32,908 nt of DNA from an uncultured virus (IMG/VR IMGVR_UViG_3300025010_000041) (Duplodnaviria; Heunggongvirae; Uroviricota; Caudoviricetes), in the IMG/VR virus record IMGVR_UViG_3300025010_000041, one strand, 5' to 3'. A program made the position numbers and the translations under genes. The notes beneath the pieces are model-generated. The model saw only the letters and a list, made by a program, of their open reading frames with translations, was not told the DNA's origin and made no database searches. Below are positions 1 through 9,013 of this stretch, in pieces (the stretch's first letter is position 1; every line of letters begins with the position of its first letter).

Positions 1-999
1 GCTCTTGATGGATCGTGGCAGCGGGTAAACGAGGGCTATACAAAAGGCAGTGCAGTTAGAACAGCCCTGGAGAAAGCCGAAAACGGCTATGCGAACAGCG
101 GAGACGCCAAAACCGCCATGCGTTACTTGCGCGCCCAATCTAAACAGTACCGAGAGAAACTTGCTAAAGACATTGAGAAAGTTGCCAAACTGGAGCGCGA
201 GGCAGACCAGTTACTTAGCGCCCGAACCGAGACTCGCAAAGAAATTGCCAAGAAGTTAGGCAAAGACGAATGGGATAGCGAGGTATTGAATAGTCCGGAT
301 TACGAGTCTGTTCGGGCAAAGTCTCAGGCTGTGTCTATTGCCCTAAACAAAGAAAGCGCCCAACTAAGCGAATCTTTGCGCAGCACGCTTGCTGCAAAGA
401 ACCCGCTAAAAGTGGACGTGGATTACGACCAATATCAGGAGTCGCCCGGCGAGACGTATTACACCGCAGAGCGAGTTGCGGAGGCGCGTGTAGGCGGCAT
501 GGAAAGTATGTCGAAATTAGTTCCCCACAACCCGCTGGTGGCGTCAGAGCGCATTGGCGTCAGAAATCTTGTCAAGCAAAACGAAGATGACCGCGCCCAC
601 GGATCAAGAGAGGGGATGCACTTGCAGAACAGCGATTCCGCATGGACGGTTGTACACGAAATGGGACACGTTATCGAGGGCCGCGACCCGTTGATTTTGC
701 GCCAGAGCGTGGCGTTCTTGGGACGCAGGACAAAAGGCTATAAGCAAGAAAAGTTATCCGACCTGAATCCAGGAGCCGGTTATCGAGAAAGCGAGGTGAC
801 GGTCAAAGACAAGTTTGCCGACGATTATATAGGCAAACAATACTCGTACACAACAATGGGCGGCAAGCGAGTTACCTACGCAACCGAAGTCTTGAGCATG
901 GGTATTCAGGACTTTTTCCAAAACCCCGCCAGGCTCGCCGCCAAAGACCCGGATATGTTTGATTACATTTTTGCCGTTTTACGGCTGGGGAGCGATTGA
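1..999 (+). CDS. 5'-truncated head-associated protein with C-terminal zincin-like metallopeptidase domain
   Basis: Frame is open from position 1 through the ATG at 118 to TGA 999; HEMGH (HExxH) motif with downstream TEVLSMG; coiled-coil-like N-terminal part; lies upstream of head genes. Confidence 0.6.
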   Translation, partial: ALDGSWQRVNEGYTKGSAVRTALEKAENGYANSGDAKTAMRYLRAQSKQYREKLAKDIEKVAKLEREADQLLSARTETRKEIAKKLGKDEWDSEVLNSPDYESVRAKSQAVSIALNKESAQLSESLRSTLAAKNPLKVDVDYDQYQESPGETYYTAERVAEARVGGMESMSKLVPHNPLVASERIGVRNLVKQNEDDRAHGSREGMHLQNSDSAWTVVHEMGHVIEGRDPLILRQSVAFLGRRTKGYKQEKLSDLNPGAGYRESEVTVKDKFADDYIGKQYSYTTMGGKRVTYATEVLSMGIQDFFQNPARLAAKDPDMFDYIFAVLRLGSD

Positions 1000-1274
1000 C
1001 AATGGGCAAGAGACTTGTTTTGCTGGTACATAAGCCCGCAGTGAACCGCGTGGCGATACTCTACGATACCGGTTGGGAAATCAGCCCGCCTGACGCTGAG
1101 TTGGAAAAGAAACTGACCGCGCTTATGCAGTCACCCCTGCCGGACGGTTATCACCCCAATTTCTACGCCGCGAAAGCCGACCAGATCGCCGCCGAAATGG
1201 ACAACGTGCAGGTGCTTGAAGTTGTGCTACCCGCGGCGACGGCTGAGACCGGGAAACGCCAGACGGTCTACTAA
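996..1274 (+). CDS. hypothetical protein
   Basis: 92-aa ORF abutting both neighbours; start may be ATG 1002; stop overlaps the next ATG. Confidence 0.6.
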   Translation: MTMGKRLVLLVHKPAVNRVAILYDTGWEISPPDAELEKKLTALMQSPLPDGYHPNFYAAKADQIAAEMDNVQVLEVVLPAATAETGKRQTVY

Positions 1275-1702
1275 TGCGCGCAATCATTCCGACCCGCTTT
1301 CTTACCTCTCCCGTCCGGATCGCCGCCGCAATTGAGTCCGCCCTGGATGAGCAAGCCGACGCACTGCAAGACGATCTGCTCAAGCCGACCCGCACCTGGA
1401 GACGCCGCCCGGCGTTTACGATTATTCGCGCTACCGGTAGGCGGATCGTCCAGACAGACTCACGCATCTACCTCTTTCTGACCCGAGGCACCAGGGTTCG
1501 CTACGCCGTCATGTCGCTTGACTTTATGGCAAAAACCACTCCCAGAGTCTTAGGCGCAGGCCCCGGTAGAGGCGGCATGGTCTTTGTCGGTAAGAAGCCG
1601 CTGCCAGGCATTGAGGCGCGTGAGTTCGAGGAAGTGGCAAGCGAGAATACCAACCGTGACTTTCCGCGGGTGATGAACCGCCATTTAGGGAGCGCACTGT
1701 GA
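1274..1702 (+). CDS. HK97 gp10-like neck/tail-completion protein (putative)
   Basis: 142-aa basic protein with IYLFLTRGTR and PGIEAREF motifs resembling the Y..GT...PG pattern of this family; coupled to both neighbours. Confidence 0.5.
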   Translation: MRAIIPTRFLTSPVRIAAAIESALDEQADALQDDLLKPTRTWRRRPAFTIIRATGRRIVQTDSRIYLFLTRGTRVRYAVMSLDFMAKTTPRVLGAGPGRGGMVFVGKKPLPGIEAREFEEVASENTNRDFPRVMNRHLGSAL

Positions 1703-1920
1703 ACGAAATCAAGCCATTCCGCTGCAAAGGCTGTCACCTGCCGTTGGGCGATACGGACGGTCTACGGCTGACCATTGGTCGGGCAATCTTCACTCTGCCG
1801 GTCACAATCCTGTGCAAAGACTGTGGCGGCGTGCGAGTTTGGCGCCCTGTGCTTGCCACTGCCCCGGCCCCGGTATTCGTAGAAGCTGAAACCGTAATTG
1901 AGGAAGTACAAGCACAATAA
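1699..1920 (+). CDS. Mu Com-like zinc-ribbon protein
   Basis: FRCKGCHLPLG ... LCKDCG: two CxxC pairs in 73 aa; GTGA overlap with the upstream stop. Confidence 0.6.
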   Translation: MNEIKPFRCKGCHLPLGDTDGLRLTIGRAIFTLPVTILCKDCGGVRVWRPVLATAPAPVFVEAETVIEEVQAQ

Positions 1921-1922
1921 TT

Positions 1923-2004
1923 TGTGCTAAAATAAGAGTAGTTAGCGTTCGTGTAGACGAACGGATAATCGCGAAATTGACGACGCGACAGAGGGCAGTT
2001 GTCA
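1923..2004 (+). promoter_or_regulatory. extended -10 promoter plus structured leader of head operon
   Basis: TGCTAAAAT 1925-1933; hairpin CGTTCGT-GTAG-ACGAACG 1946-1963; CGCGAAATTGACG 1970-1982; the same layout recurs at 22412-22497. Confidence 0.6.
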
Positions 2005-2022
2005 TACCACTTAGGAGCGATT

Positions 2023-2523
2023 ATGCTGCAAATGGACGCTAACCTACAGACAGTTTTTCTCTCTCAGTTCAACTTCGAGCGGTTCTCCGCTGACGTTTAT
2101 CAGGCAATGGCCGCCGCCCTGGACACGATCAACCTCGTGGGCTTCGCGGCCTATTTGCGTCACCGCGGCGAAGAAGAACGCACCCACGCACAAAAGTTCT
2201 CTGACCACCTCTCAGACCGGAATATCACCCCGGTCTTTGACGCGTTACCCGCCCAAGAGCTTCCGACCTGGACAGGCGCGCCGGACGCCGGAGCCGCTTG
2301 TTTCCGCAAAGCCCACGCTCATGAAGTGCTGGTTACAGAGCGAATCTATGCCCTGTACGAACTGTCCGAGGAAATCGGCGACCACCAGGCTTGCGAATTT
2401 CTGCGCTGGTTTATCGCCGAACAGTTGGAAGAACTGAAAAGCCTCGATGAGTGGCTGACCCGCTTCGATCTGGCGCGTGGCGACGGCGCGGCAGTCCTGC
2501 TTCTTGACAAGGAATTGCAATGA
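2023..2523 (+). CDS. ferritin (non-heme, FtnA-like)
   Basis: Ferroxidase-centre pattern E(RFSADV)Y, EEERTH, HE, EQLEE; GFAAYL and EFLRWFIAEQ typical of bacterial ferritin; AGGAG RBS before ATG 2023. Confidence 0.9.
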   Translation: MLQMDANLQTVFLSQFNFERFSADVYQAMAAALDTINLVGFAAYLRHRGEEERTHAQKFSDHLSDRNITPVFDALPAQELPTWTGAPDAGAACFRKAHAHEVLVTERIYALYELSEEIGDHQACEFLRWFIAEQLEELKSLDEWLTRFDLARGDGAAVLLLDKELQ

Positions 2524-3965
2524 CCCATACCGGCGTTATGGTGGCGTTTTTCTTACCTCCCGATCTGGCGGGTCGAATCGCCGCGCCGGGTGGCGAGCCT
2601 GCAAGCGACTTGCACGTTACCCTCGCTTACCTGGGCGAAAACGCAACCACCCGGCTTGACAAAGCCAGGCTGCTCTCTGTGTTAGGCGGGTTTGCCGCTT
2701 ACCAGTTCGAGATAGAGGGGCAGTTCAACGGTGTGGCGCAGTTTGTCAACGGCGAAGAACGGGCATTCGTGACGCTTTTAGACGCCCCCGCTCTCTCGAA
2801 ATTCCGGCAGCGATTGGTTGAGTGTCTTGAGCAAAACCGCATGGGAGTGGCATACGACCACGGATTTATTCCGCATGTCACGCTGGCCTACAATCAGGCC
2901 CCGGAATACACCGCTGTCGCGGCAGAGTTTGGCAAGCCGATCCTGTTTAGCGAAATTACACTCGCTTGGGGTGATGAACGGGTTACGTTCAAACTACAAG
3001 CGCAGCCGATCATTGAGGCCAAAGAAATCTCAACTACCCCGCCGCAGGCAGTTCGAGACGCCGCAAAGCGCGGCCTGGAATTGCGCGAGAAGTATGGACG
3101 CGGCGGGCTGTCTACGCAAGAGGCCGGCAAACAGGGGATTGGCAGCGGAGTTGCGAGGGCCGTCAGTCTGAGCAAGGGCCAGGCCCAAAGCATGAATACG
3201 ATCAAACGCATGAGTGCGTTTTTCAGCCGTCACGAAAAGAATAAAAACACCCCGCCCGAAAAAGGCAATGGCATGATCGCCTGGTTGATGTGGGGTGGCG
3301 ACCCCGGCAAAGAGTGGGCTGAGGGCTTATTGGCGAAGCGCAAAGAAGTCTCAACCACCCCAACCGGAGTTATGTTGACCGGGCCAGGGAGTCTATTTGG
3401 CGGCACGGCGCTTGCCAATACGATTAGCGCAACGATCTTGAAGCGCAAGCAATTGAGAGCATCCAAACGGACGGCCCCGTTTTCGCAGAGCAAAGAGATC
3501 AACGACTCTTACAAAGAGTTCACCGCGTCGGGCAAGTCTGCCGGTATTTACGTGTTCAAAGAGAATGGCACCTGGCGCTGGGTTACGTTTTCCAGCAACC
3601 CCTACCGCGACAGAGACCGCGAGATTGTCAGTCTGAAAGCTCTGGAAGTGGACGTTTCCAGAGCCGACGCCGATGGCAAGTTCGGCCCGTTGCGCTGGTG
3701 GCATGTGCCGAGGCTGGATTTGGGGGACTGTGATTTCAATATGATGCACGGGCGAATTTTGGTTGAAAGCGGTACATTCCGCACGCCCGAAATAGCAGAA
3801 GCAATCAAGGAGGTCGCTAACGATTTAGAAGTTTCTATCGGGTTTGTTCACCCCCCCTCAGAACCGGACGGTGACGGCGTGTTCCACACTATCCGCAGGT
3901 TTGAACGCTCCCTGTGTCCAAAAGGCCGGGTGAGCAATCTCTTTACCAGGTTCATGGTCGGCTAG
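2520..3965 (+). CDS. fusion: 2H phosphoesterase + unknown helical domain + putative prohead protease
   Basis: Two HxT motifs (LHVTLAY, PHVTLAY) in the first 160 aa; middle domain ending IAWLMWGGDPG; C-terminal RDRDREIV, PLRWWH, VSIGF, ERSL..SN motifs resembling HK97-type maturation proteases; directly upstream of scaffold and capsid. Confidence 0.7.
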   Translation: MTHTGVMVAFFLPPDLAGRIAAPGGEPASDLHVTLAYLGENATTRLDKARLLSVLGGFAAYQFEIEGQFNGVAQFVNGEERAFVTLLDAPALSKFRQRLVECLEQNRMGVAYDHGFIPHVTLAYNQAPEYTAVAAEFGKPILFSEITLAWGDERVTFKLQAQPIIEAKEISTTPPQAVRDAAKRGLELREKYGRGGLSTQEAGKQGIGSGVARAVSLSKGQAQSMNTIKRMSAFFSRHEKNKNTPPEKGNGMIAWLMWGGDPGKEWAEGLLAKRKEVSTTPTGVMLTGPGSLFGGTALANTISATILKRKQLRASKRTAPFSQSKEINDSYKEFTASGKSAGIYVFKENGTWRWVTFSSNPYRDRDREIVSLKALEVDVSRADADGKFGPLRWWHVPRLDLGDCDFNMMHGRILVESGTFRTPEIAEAIKEVANDLEVSIGFVHPPSEPDGDGVFHTIRRFERSLCPKGRVSNLFTRFMVG

Positions 3966-3988
3966 AAGCGACCGAAGGAGTTTTAGAA

Positions 3989-4708
3989 ATGCCTACGTTC
4001 CAAGAGAAAGTGGCAAAGTTTTTACACATGACCGGCCCCGCTGGGGAGGCCATTGCTGAGGCGGCAGAGGCCGTCCAGAAACAGGCCGACGAAGTTTCCG
4101 AGTGGAAAGAATTGGCAGAGAACACGCCTGCCGATGAAACCGCCGAAACCGTCAAGGCGAAGAAAGCCGAAGCGAAAGCCCCCGTCCAGGTCGAGATCGA
4201 AGTCGAGGAAGATGACGAAGAGTCTGATGCCGAAGTCGAGGAAGATGAGGACGAGGAAGAAAAAGAGGCCGGTGACGAATACTTCGCCCTGGGCGACGTG
4301 GACATGAAAGAGTACGGTACTCTGATGTCCGGCGTTCTGGCTGAAGCCGTGCGCCCGCTCAGCGAAGAACTGGCCGCGCTGAAAGAGTTCATCGCTGAAA
4401 CTTTCGGCACCACCAAAGAGCATGACGCCCACCGCGACGAGGGTGTAGTGCTGGCGCTGGAAGCAGCTAAAGAGCATGACGAACGGATCGCCGCACTCGA
4501 AAAAGAGAACCGCGCCCTCAAGACTACGGTCAAAGAGGCGCGTGATTTGCTCTCGCAATTGCAGTCTGACCTGCCGCGTGGCATGGGTGGATTTGTCGCC
4601 TCCACCTCAAAAGAAACTGAACTCGATGAGAACGACCCGCGCCTCAAAGAAGGCCCGCAGGCCGATCCGATGGGTTCGTTCCTCAACGATTTTGTGATGA
4701 AGAAGTAG
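3989..4708 (+). CDS. capsid scaffolding protein (putative)
   Basis: AAGGAG RBS before ATG 3989; very acidic, coiled-coil-like; between protease and capsid genes. Confidence 0.7.
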   Translation: MPTFQEKVAKFLHMTGPAGEAIAEAAEAVQKQADEVSEWKELAENTPADETAETVKAKKAEAKAPVQVEIEVEEDDEESDAEVEEDEDEEEKEAGDEYFALGDVDMKEYGTLMSGVLAEAVRPLSEELAALKEFIAETFGTTKEHDAHRDEGVVLALEAAKEHDERIAALEKENRALKTTVKEARDLLSQLQSDLPRGMGGFVASTSKETELDENDPRLKEGPQADPMGSFLNDFVMKK

Positions 4709-4720
4709 GAGGTTACTACC

Positions 4721-6178
4721 ATGTCTGATATCAACTACCAACAGCTTGCGCAGGCCCTGCTGGCCGAGAATTTTGCCGGCAACGTGCGCACCAAAGCCGT
4801 GTCGAGTACGCCGAACGCGTCCTACGGTCACGGTGGCAAAGGCGGCCTCTTTAGCGCCCCCGGCATGAGCCGCCCGTTATTCTCCGCTCTGATCCTGCCC
4901 AACACTGGCCTCGCCTCGAAGTTGCCCGTGCGCACCAGCACTGAAACCAACCCGCTTTACGGTATCATCACCGGCGTGACCGCCTCCGAGGGCGAAGAAG
5001 CGACCGGCGTCTGCGATGATCCCCCGCAGGCCGGGTTGACCAAACTCTGCACCCACACGTTCGTTTTTGGGCGCTTCTCCCGTGCGAGCAAAGTCTTTGA
5101 CATTGACCGCGCCGGAAAGAACATCAACCGCAGCGACTTCATGGACTTCCAGTTGTACGGCAACGCCCTGGATACCGGCAACCCGCTGGCTCCCTCCGGC
5201 ATGACTGACGCCGCCTCAATTGCCAAGAACGAAGTCGCTAAAGCGATGTTCGAGATGGGTGTGGCCTGGTCGCGCGACTTCGCCAAGAAACTCTACACCG
5301 GCAGTCCGGCGAACAACACCGCTGGTGGCGGGCACATGGAGTTCTACGGCCTCGAAACCCTGGTCAATGACGGCTATCGCGACGCCCTGACCGGCATCGC
5401 CTGCCCCGCCGCTGACGCCACGGTGGTGGACTTCGGCAGCCTGGACATTCGCGACAACGCCAATGCCATCCTGCGCCAGATCACCTACACCTATCGCAAC
5501 CTGCGCTTCCTGGCACGCCGAGCCGGACTTGACCCCGTCCAGTGGACGCTGGTCATGCCCTTCGGCCTGTTCTATGACCTGACCGAGATTTGGCCCATCG
5601 CCTACAACACCACCGCCGCCTCGGTCGTCCCGACCGGCGCGACCCTGTTTGTCGGCAGCGAAGGCCAGATCACGGCCCGCGACGCCATGCGCGGTGACAT
5701 GTACAACTACACCGGCCAGTACCTGATGATCGACGGCCAGGCTGTCCCGGTCACGATTGACGACTCTATCCCTGAAACTCAGGACGGCGTGTCGTTCACC
5801 TCGGACGTTTACTTCATTCCGCTGACCGTCCTGGGCGCGATCCCCGTCACTTACTGGGAAACCGTCAACTATGACGGCCCCGCAGGCCCGGTTGAAATGG
5901 CGCGTGCTTTCGCCCCTGGCGACAGCTACTACACCACGGACGGCGGGCGCTTCCTGTGGCACAAGAAACCCCCGACCAACTTCTGCGTTCAGGTCATCTC
6001 GAAGATGGAACCACGCCTGCTGCTGCTGACGCCCTATTTGAGCGCCCGCATCCAGAACGTCAAGTACATCCCGATCCAGCACGAACGCCAGTGGGACCCG
6101 ACTGACCCCTACTATGTCAATGGTGGGCGGACTTCTCAGGACACCACGGTGCCGAGCTACTACAGCCCGACCGCGTAA
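4721..6178 (+). CDS. major capsid protein (putative)
   Basis: AGGAGG RBS, strong C-ending codon bias, 485 aa, follows the scaffold, EFYGLETLV motif like HK97-fold capsids, followed by a terminator. Confidence 0.8.
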   Translation: MSDINYQQLAQALLAENFAGNVRTKAVSSTPNASYGHGGKGGLFSAPGMSRPLFSALILPNTGLASKLPVRTSTETNPLYGIITGVTASEGEEATGVCDDPPQAGLTKLCTHTFVFGRFSRASKVFDIDRAGKNINRSDFMDFQLYGNALDTGNPLAPSGMTDAASIAKNEVAKAMFEMGVAWSRDFAKKLYTGSPANNTAGGGHMEFYGLETLVNDGYRDALTGIACPAADATVVDFGSLDIRDNANAILRQITYTYRNLRFLARRAGLDPVQWTLVMPFGLFYDLTEIWPIAYNTTAASVVPTGATLFVGSEGQITARDAMRGDMYNYTGQYLMIDGQAVPVTIDDSIPETQDGVSFTSDVYFIPLTVLGAIPVTYWETVNYDGPAGPVEMARAFAPGDSYYTTDGGRFLWHKKPPTNFCVQVISKMEPRLLLLTPYLSARIQNVKYIPIQHERQWDPTDPYYVNGGRTSQDTTVPSYYSPTA

Positions 6179-6200
6179 CTTCAACCAATCTCAACTAGCA

Positions 6201-6253
6201 CCATGCGGGTGGGCGGCAAGACTACTTGCTTATCCCGCCCGCATGGCTTTTTT
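6201..6253 (+). terminator. intrinsic terminator after capsid gene
   Basis: CCATGCGGGTGGG ... CCCGCCCGCATGG stem followed by CTTTTTT. Confidence 0.7.
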
Positions 6254-6272
6254 CACCGAAAGATGAGGCGCT

Positions 6273-7055
6273 ATGGATATCGAACAAATTGACAGTTGGC
6301 TGGAAACGCATAAGCACCTGACCGGACGCCATAACCAAAAGCGACACGGGTGGAGAGGTGGTGGAATTGATAGCGCAAAACGGGCTATGCGCTCTGGCGT
6401 CTCTGATGACGTGAAAGGCAAAATCACGCCGGAGTCAGAACGTGACGCCGCAAGAGCAAAGTATGGGCTTGCGAAGATTGACCGTGAGGCGCAGGCCGTT
6501 GCAAGAGCAAACGCCCGCACAGAAGCGGAAAAGCGTTTTGAGAAAGAAGTCGGCGGGAAGATTACCAAACTCTATGCCGAAATGGATAATCTCACTCGCG
6601 ATATTCACAAATATTCCGCTCACGCCTCAAATAGTACAACGTATAATCCAGCTTACCGCAAAGAAGCCGAGGCAAAAGCAAAAGAATTGTCCAGAAAAAT
6701 GGCACAGGCAATTATCGAGAAAGACAAACTTTCTATGAGCCTGATGCGAACCGAAGCCGACCTCAAAATGTACGCCCAAAATATGGGCCTCTCTCTGCAA
6801 AAGTCACGCGGCGAAATCTCAAAACGCTATCCGTATGTTCTGCGCGGGAAGAAAGGCAGCGGAGGACACTATTTTAAAGACCTCAAGGGAGTTCTACGCG
6901 GTATGCGCAAACAACAATACGATGACGAAATCTCAAAAGTGCGCAGCGAGATTGACGCCATGAAAGCGAAAGAACCTAAGACCCGCAAGTGGACGGGAAC
7001 AACGTCTCTCGAATGGTATTTAGGCGCTATCAATCAGGCCGCGGCCGCGCTATGA
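6273..7055 (+). CDS. basic protein with KH..G.HNQ..HG leader (paralog of 13949..14692)
   Basis: N-terminal about 70 aa (WLETHKHLTGRHNQKRHGWRGG ... ERDAARAKYGL) nearly identical to the 13949 ORF; GAGG RBS. Confidence 0.75.
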   Translation: MDIEQIDSWLETHKHLTGRHNQKRHGWRGGGIDSAKRAMRSGVSDDVKGKITPESERDAARAKYGLAKIDREAQAVARANARTEAEKRFEKEVGGKITKLYAEMDNLTRDIHKYSAHASNSTTYNPAYRKEAEAKAKELSRKMAQAIIEKDKLSMSLMRTEADLKMYAQNMGLSLQKSRGEISKRYPYVLRGKKGSGGHYFKDLKGVLRGMRKQQYDDEISKVRSEIDAMKAKEPKTRKWTGTTSLEWYLGAINQAAAAL

Positions 7056-7786
7056 CCCAACCCCCCGTTGTTATCCTCACTTCCGACCACCACGCCTGGA
7101 TTATCCCGGCGATGCTGGCGCAAATGGAACGTCACTGGCGACCACTGCCTGAGCGGGTGATTGTGGCTGGATTTACGCCCCCGCCGTTCCTACTCCCAGC
7201 ATGGGTAGAGTGGTACAGCATAGGCGAGTTCGCAAACTACCCGGCGGACAAATGGAGCGACGGCCTGCGAGACTTCCTCAAAGCGCACCGCGAGCTTACG
7301 CACTTTATCCTGCTGCTGGAAGATTACCTGTGCACCCGGACGGTAGACGTTGAGGCAGTCGAAATGCTCTATCAACTGGCCCAAAATAACCCCGGCGTCT
7401 TGCGAGTTGACCTGTGTTCTGACCGGGCCGGCAACAGCGCCCCCAAAGTCGAGGTCGGTTATTTGGGCCGCTTAGACCTGATTGAGATACCGCCGCCTGC
7501 CGAGTATCACGTCTCAACCCAGCCGTCTATCTGGAACCGTGACCGGCTGGCGGAAATCTTGAAGCGCAATGAGAGCGCCTGGCAGTTCGAGCTTGACGGC
7601 ACCAACCGCGCCAACCACCTCAACCAGCGAGTGATCGGCACGCGCCAAGCGCCGATGCGGATTAAGATCGCTATCAACAAGGGACACTTTGACCTGGAAA
7701 CGCCCTGGCAATGGCCCCCGACTAACCTGACCGCAGAGGATACGGCGGACTTACGAAGGCGAAAATTGATACCAGACGGGGTATAA
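7052..7786 (+). CDS. GT-A-like glycosyltransferase (putative)
   Basis: ATGA-coupled start at 7052; VVILTSD N-terminal strand, ILLLEDY acidic motif, QPSIWN and ESAWQFE motifs; first gene of a glycan cluster. Confidence 0.55.
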   Translation: MTQPPVVILTSDHHAWIIPAMLAQMERHWRPLPERVIVAGFTPPPFLLPAWVEWYSIGEFANYPADKWSDGLRDFLKAHRELTHFILLLEDYLCTRTVDVEAVEMLYQLAQNNPGVLRVDLCSDRAGNSAPKVEVGYLGRLDLIEIPPPAEYHVSTQPSIWNRDRLAEILKRNESAWQFELDGTNRANHLNQRVIGTRQAPMRIKIAINKGHFDLETPWQWPPTNLTAEDTADLRRRKLIPDGV

Positions 7787-7793
7787 TCAGACT

Positions 7794-8345
7794 ATGACAA
7801 AAGCAAGCGACCTATCCCACGCATTCGGCTTTTTGAAGCAGGCAGAAGTATCTCTGCTGACCCGCCTGGCCGAAAGCCTACCCGACGGAGCCGTGTTTAT
7901 CAACGTTGGAGCCGGAGTGGGCACGTCTGCTCTGACCGTAGCCGAAGCGCGGCCCGATGTGAAGATTTACACCGTTGATATTTCCGAGGGCGGGCCGGAG
8001 GGCGGGCTTGAGAACGAGCGCAACGCATTCACTCACGCCGGACTGTCGGAAAGTCTACCAACGCAAGTATTGGGCGATTCGCGGGCAGTCGGTAGAGACT
8101 GGCAGTTCGAGAGCGCCGACCTGCTGATGATTGACGCCGATCATGCCTACGCTTCTTGCCGCGGCGACCTGGAAGTCTGGACGCCACACCTGAAAGCGGG
8201 CGGCGTGCTGCTGATCCATGACTACGAACCGAAAATATGGCCCGACGTGTTCAAAGCGACGGGCGATTTTATCCGCTCCCAGCCTGAAAGTTGGGAGTTT
8301 ATCGAAGTGCAACATACGCTGATTGCGTATAGGAGTAAGTCATGA
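7794..8345 (+). CDS. class I SAM-dependent methyltransferase (Methyltransf_24-like)
   Basis: INVGAGVGTS motif I, YTVD, GDS, DLLMIDADH, LKAGGVLLIHDY. Confidence 0.88.
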   Translation: MTKASDLSHAFGFLKQAEVSLLTRLAESLPDGAVFINVGAGVGTSALTVAEARPDVKIYTVDISEGGPEGGLENERNAFTHAGLSESLPTQVLGDSRAVGRDWQFESADLLMIDADHAYASCRGDLEVWTPHLKAGGVLLIHDYEPKIWPDVFKATGDFIRSQPESWEFIEVQHTLIAYRSKS

Positions 8346-9013
8346 AAATTCTAAAAACTGAGGGTGACGTAAAGCTGCCCGCCTCTGCTTATCTGGTAGT
8401 TGAGGATGCCGAAAAGCCGTCCACCTGGCACTTGCGCATTGGCGGCGAATCGGGCCTTCCTGACCCCGCTCACATGGGCGCAGCCTGGGCAGCACTGCAC
8501 GAGGGATACCGCGGCGAGAAGTACGCAGGCCCGCAAAAAGAGGAGGCCCTGGCGAAGTTGAAGAAACTCTACGCCGCGCTGAAACGCGACACCCCCGATG
8601 TTGAGAAGAAAGAGTATGACGGGTCATGGAGCGAACTCACCTGGAAAGAAGCGCCCTCGTTTGGTGAATGGCTGATCCGCTCCAAAGAAGATGCTCCGGT
8701 TGAACCAAACGAAGCCGTTGATCCCAAAGCCCTGCACTTACGCGTGGGACGGGCGCTGGCAAAGTTTGGCTTGAAGCCCTCGAAAGCCATTGACACCGGC
8801 GAACACGCCGAGGCGCACGGGTCGGCCTGGGTTGCACCCAAAACCGACTTCGAGAAGATCAAAACCGGCTTGTGGGACTTGGGTTATCGGCCCAAAGGCA
8901 AAGGCAAGTATTTCCGCGGCCCGGTCATGATCGAAACCGGACAGGACGCCGAGAACCTGTACCTGTATATCACAGACGACAACGGCCCTGCCCAAAAGAA
9001 GGCGGCGGCATGA
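8342..9013 (+). CDS. hypothetical two-domain protein
   Basis: 223-aa ORF with ATGA overlaps at both ends; the N-terminal PASAYLVV..PSTWHL..GAAWAAL..GYRG domain resembles modules I associate with phage head proteins, function unknown. Confidence 0.65.
   Translation: MKILKTEGDVKLPASAYLVVEDAEKPSTWHLRIGGESGLPDPAHMGAAWAALHEGYRGEKYAGPQKEEALAKLKKLYAALKRDTPDVEKKEYDGSWSELTWKEAPSFGEWLIRSKEDAPVEPNEAVDPKALHLRVGRALAKFGLKPSKAIDTGEHAEAHGSAWVAPKTDFEKIKTGLWDLGYRPKGKGKYFRGPVMIETGQDAENLYLYITDDNGPAQKKAAA

Noticed and set aside
4736..4765. Capsid YQQLAQALL (and DUF1360 TALFVALL) as self-targets of array 1
   Set aside because: The similarity needs an indel in the dinucleotide register and leaves many mismatches.
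3952..6184. Long minus-strand ORFs (3952..4734, 5216..6184; likewise 27115..27762, 31688..32431)
   Set aside because: Antisense shadows of codon-biased plus-strand genes; no RBS or motifs.
7782..7796. TATAAT 6 nt before the methyltransferase ATG (leaderless promoter)
   Set aside because: No properly spaced -35 or TG extension, and the hexamer includes the upstream stop codon; may be chance.
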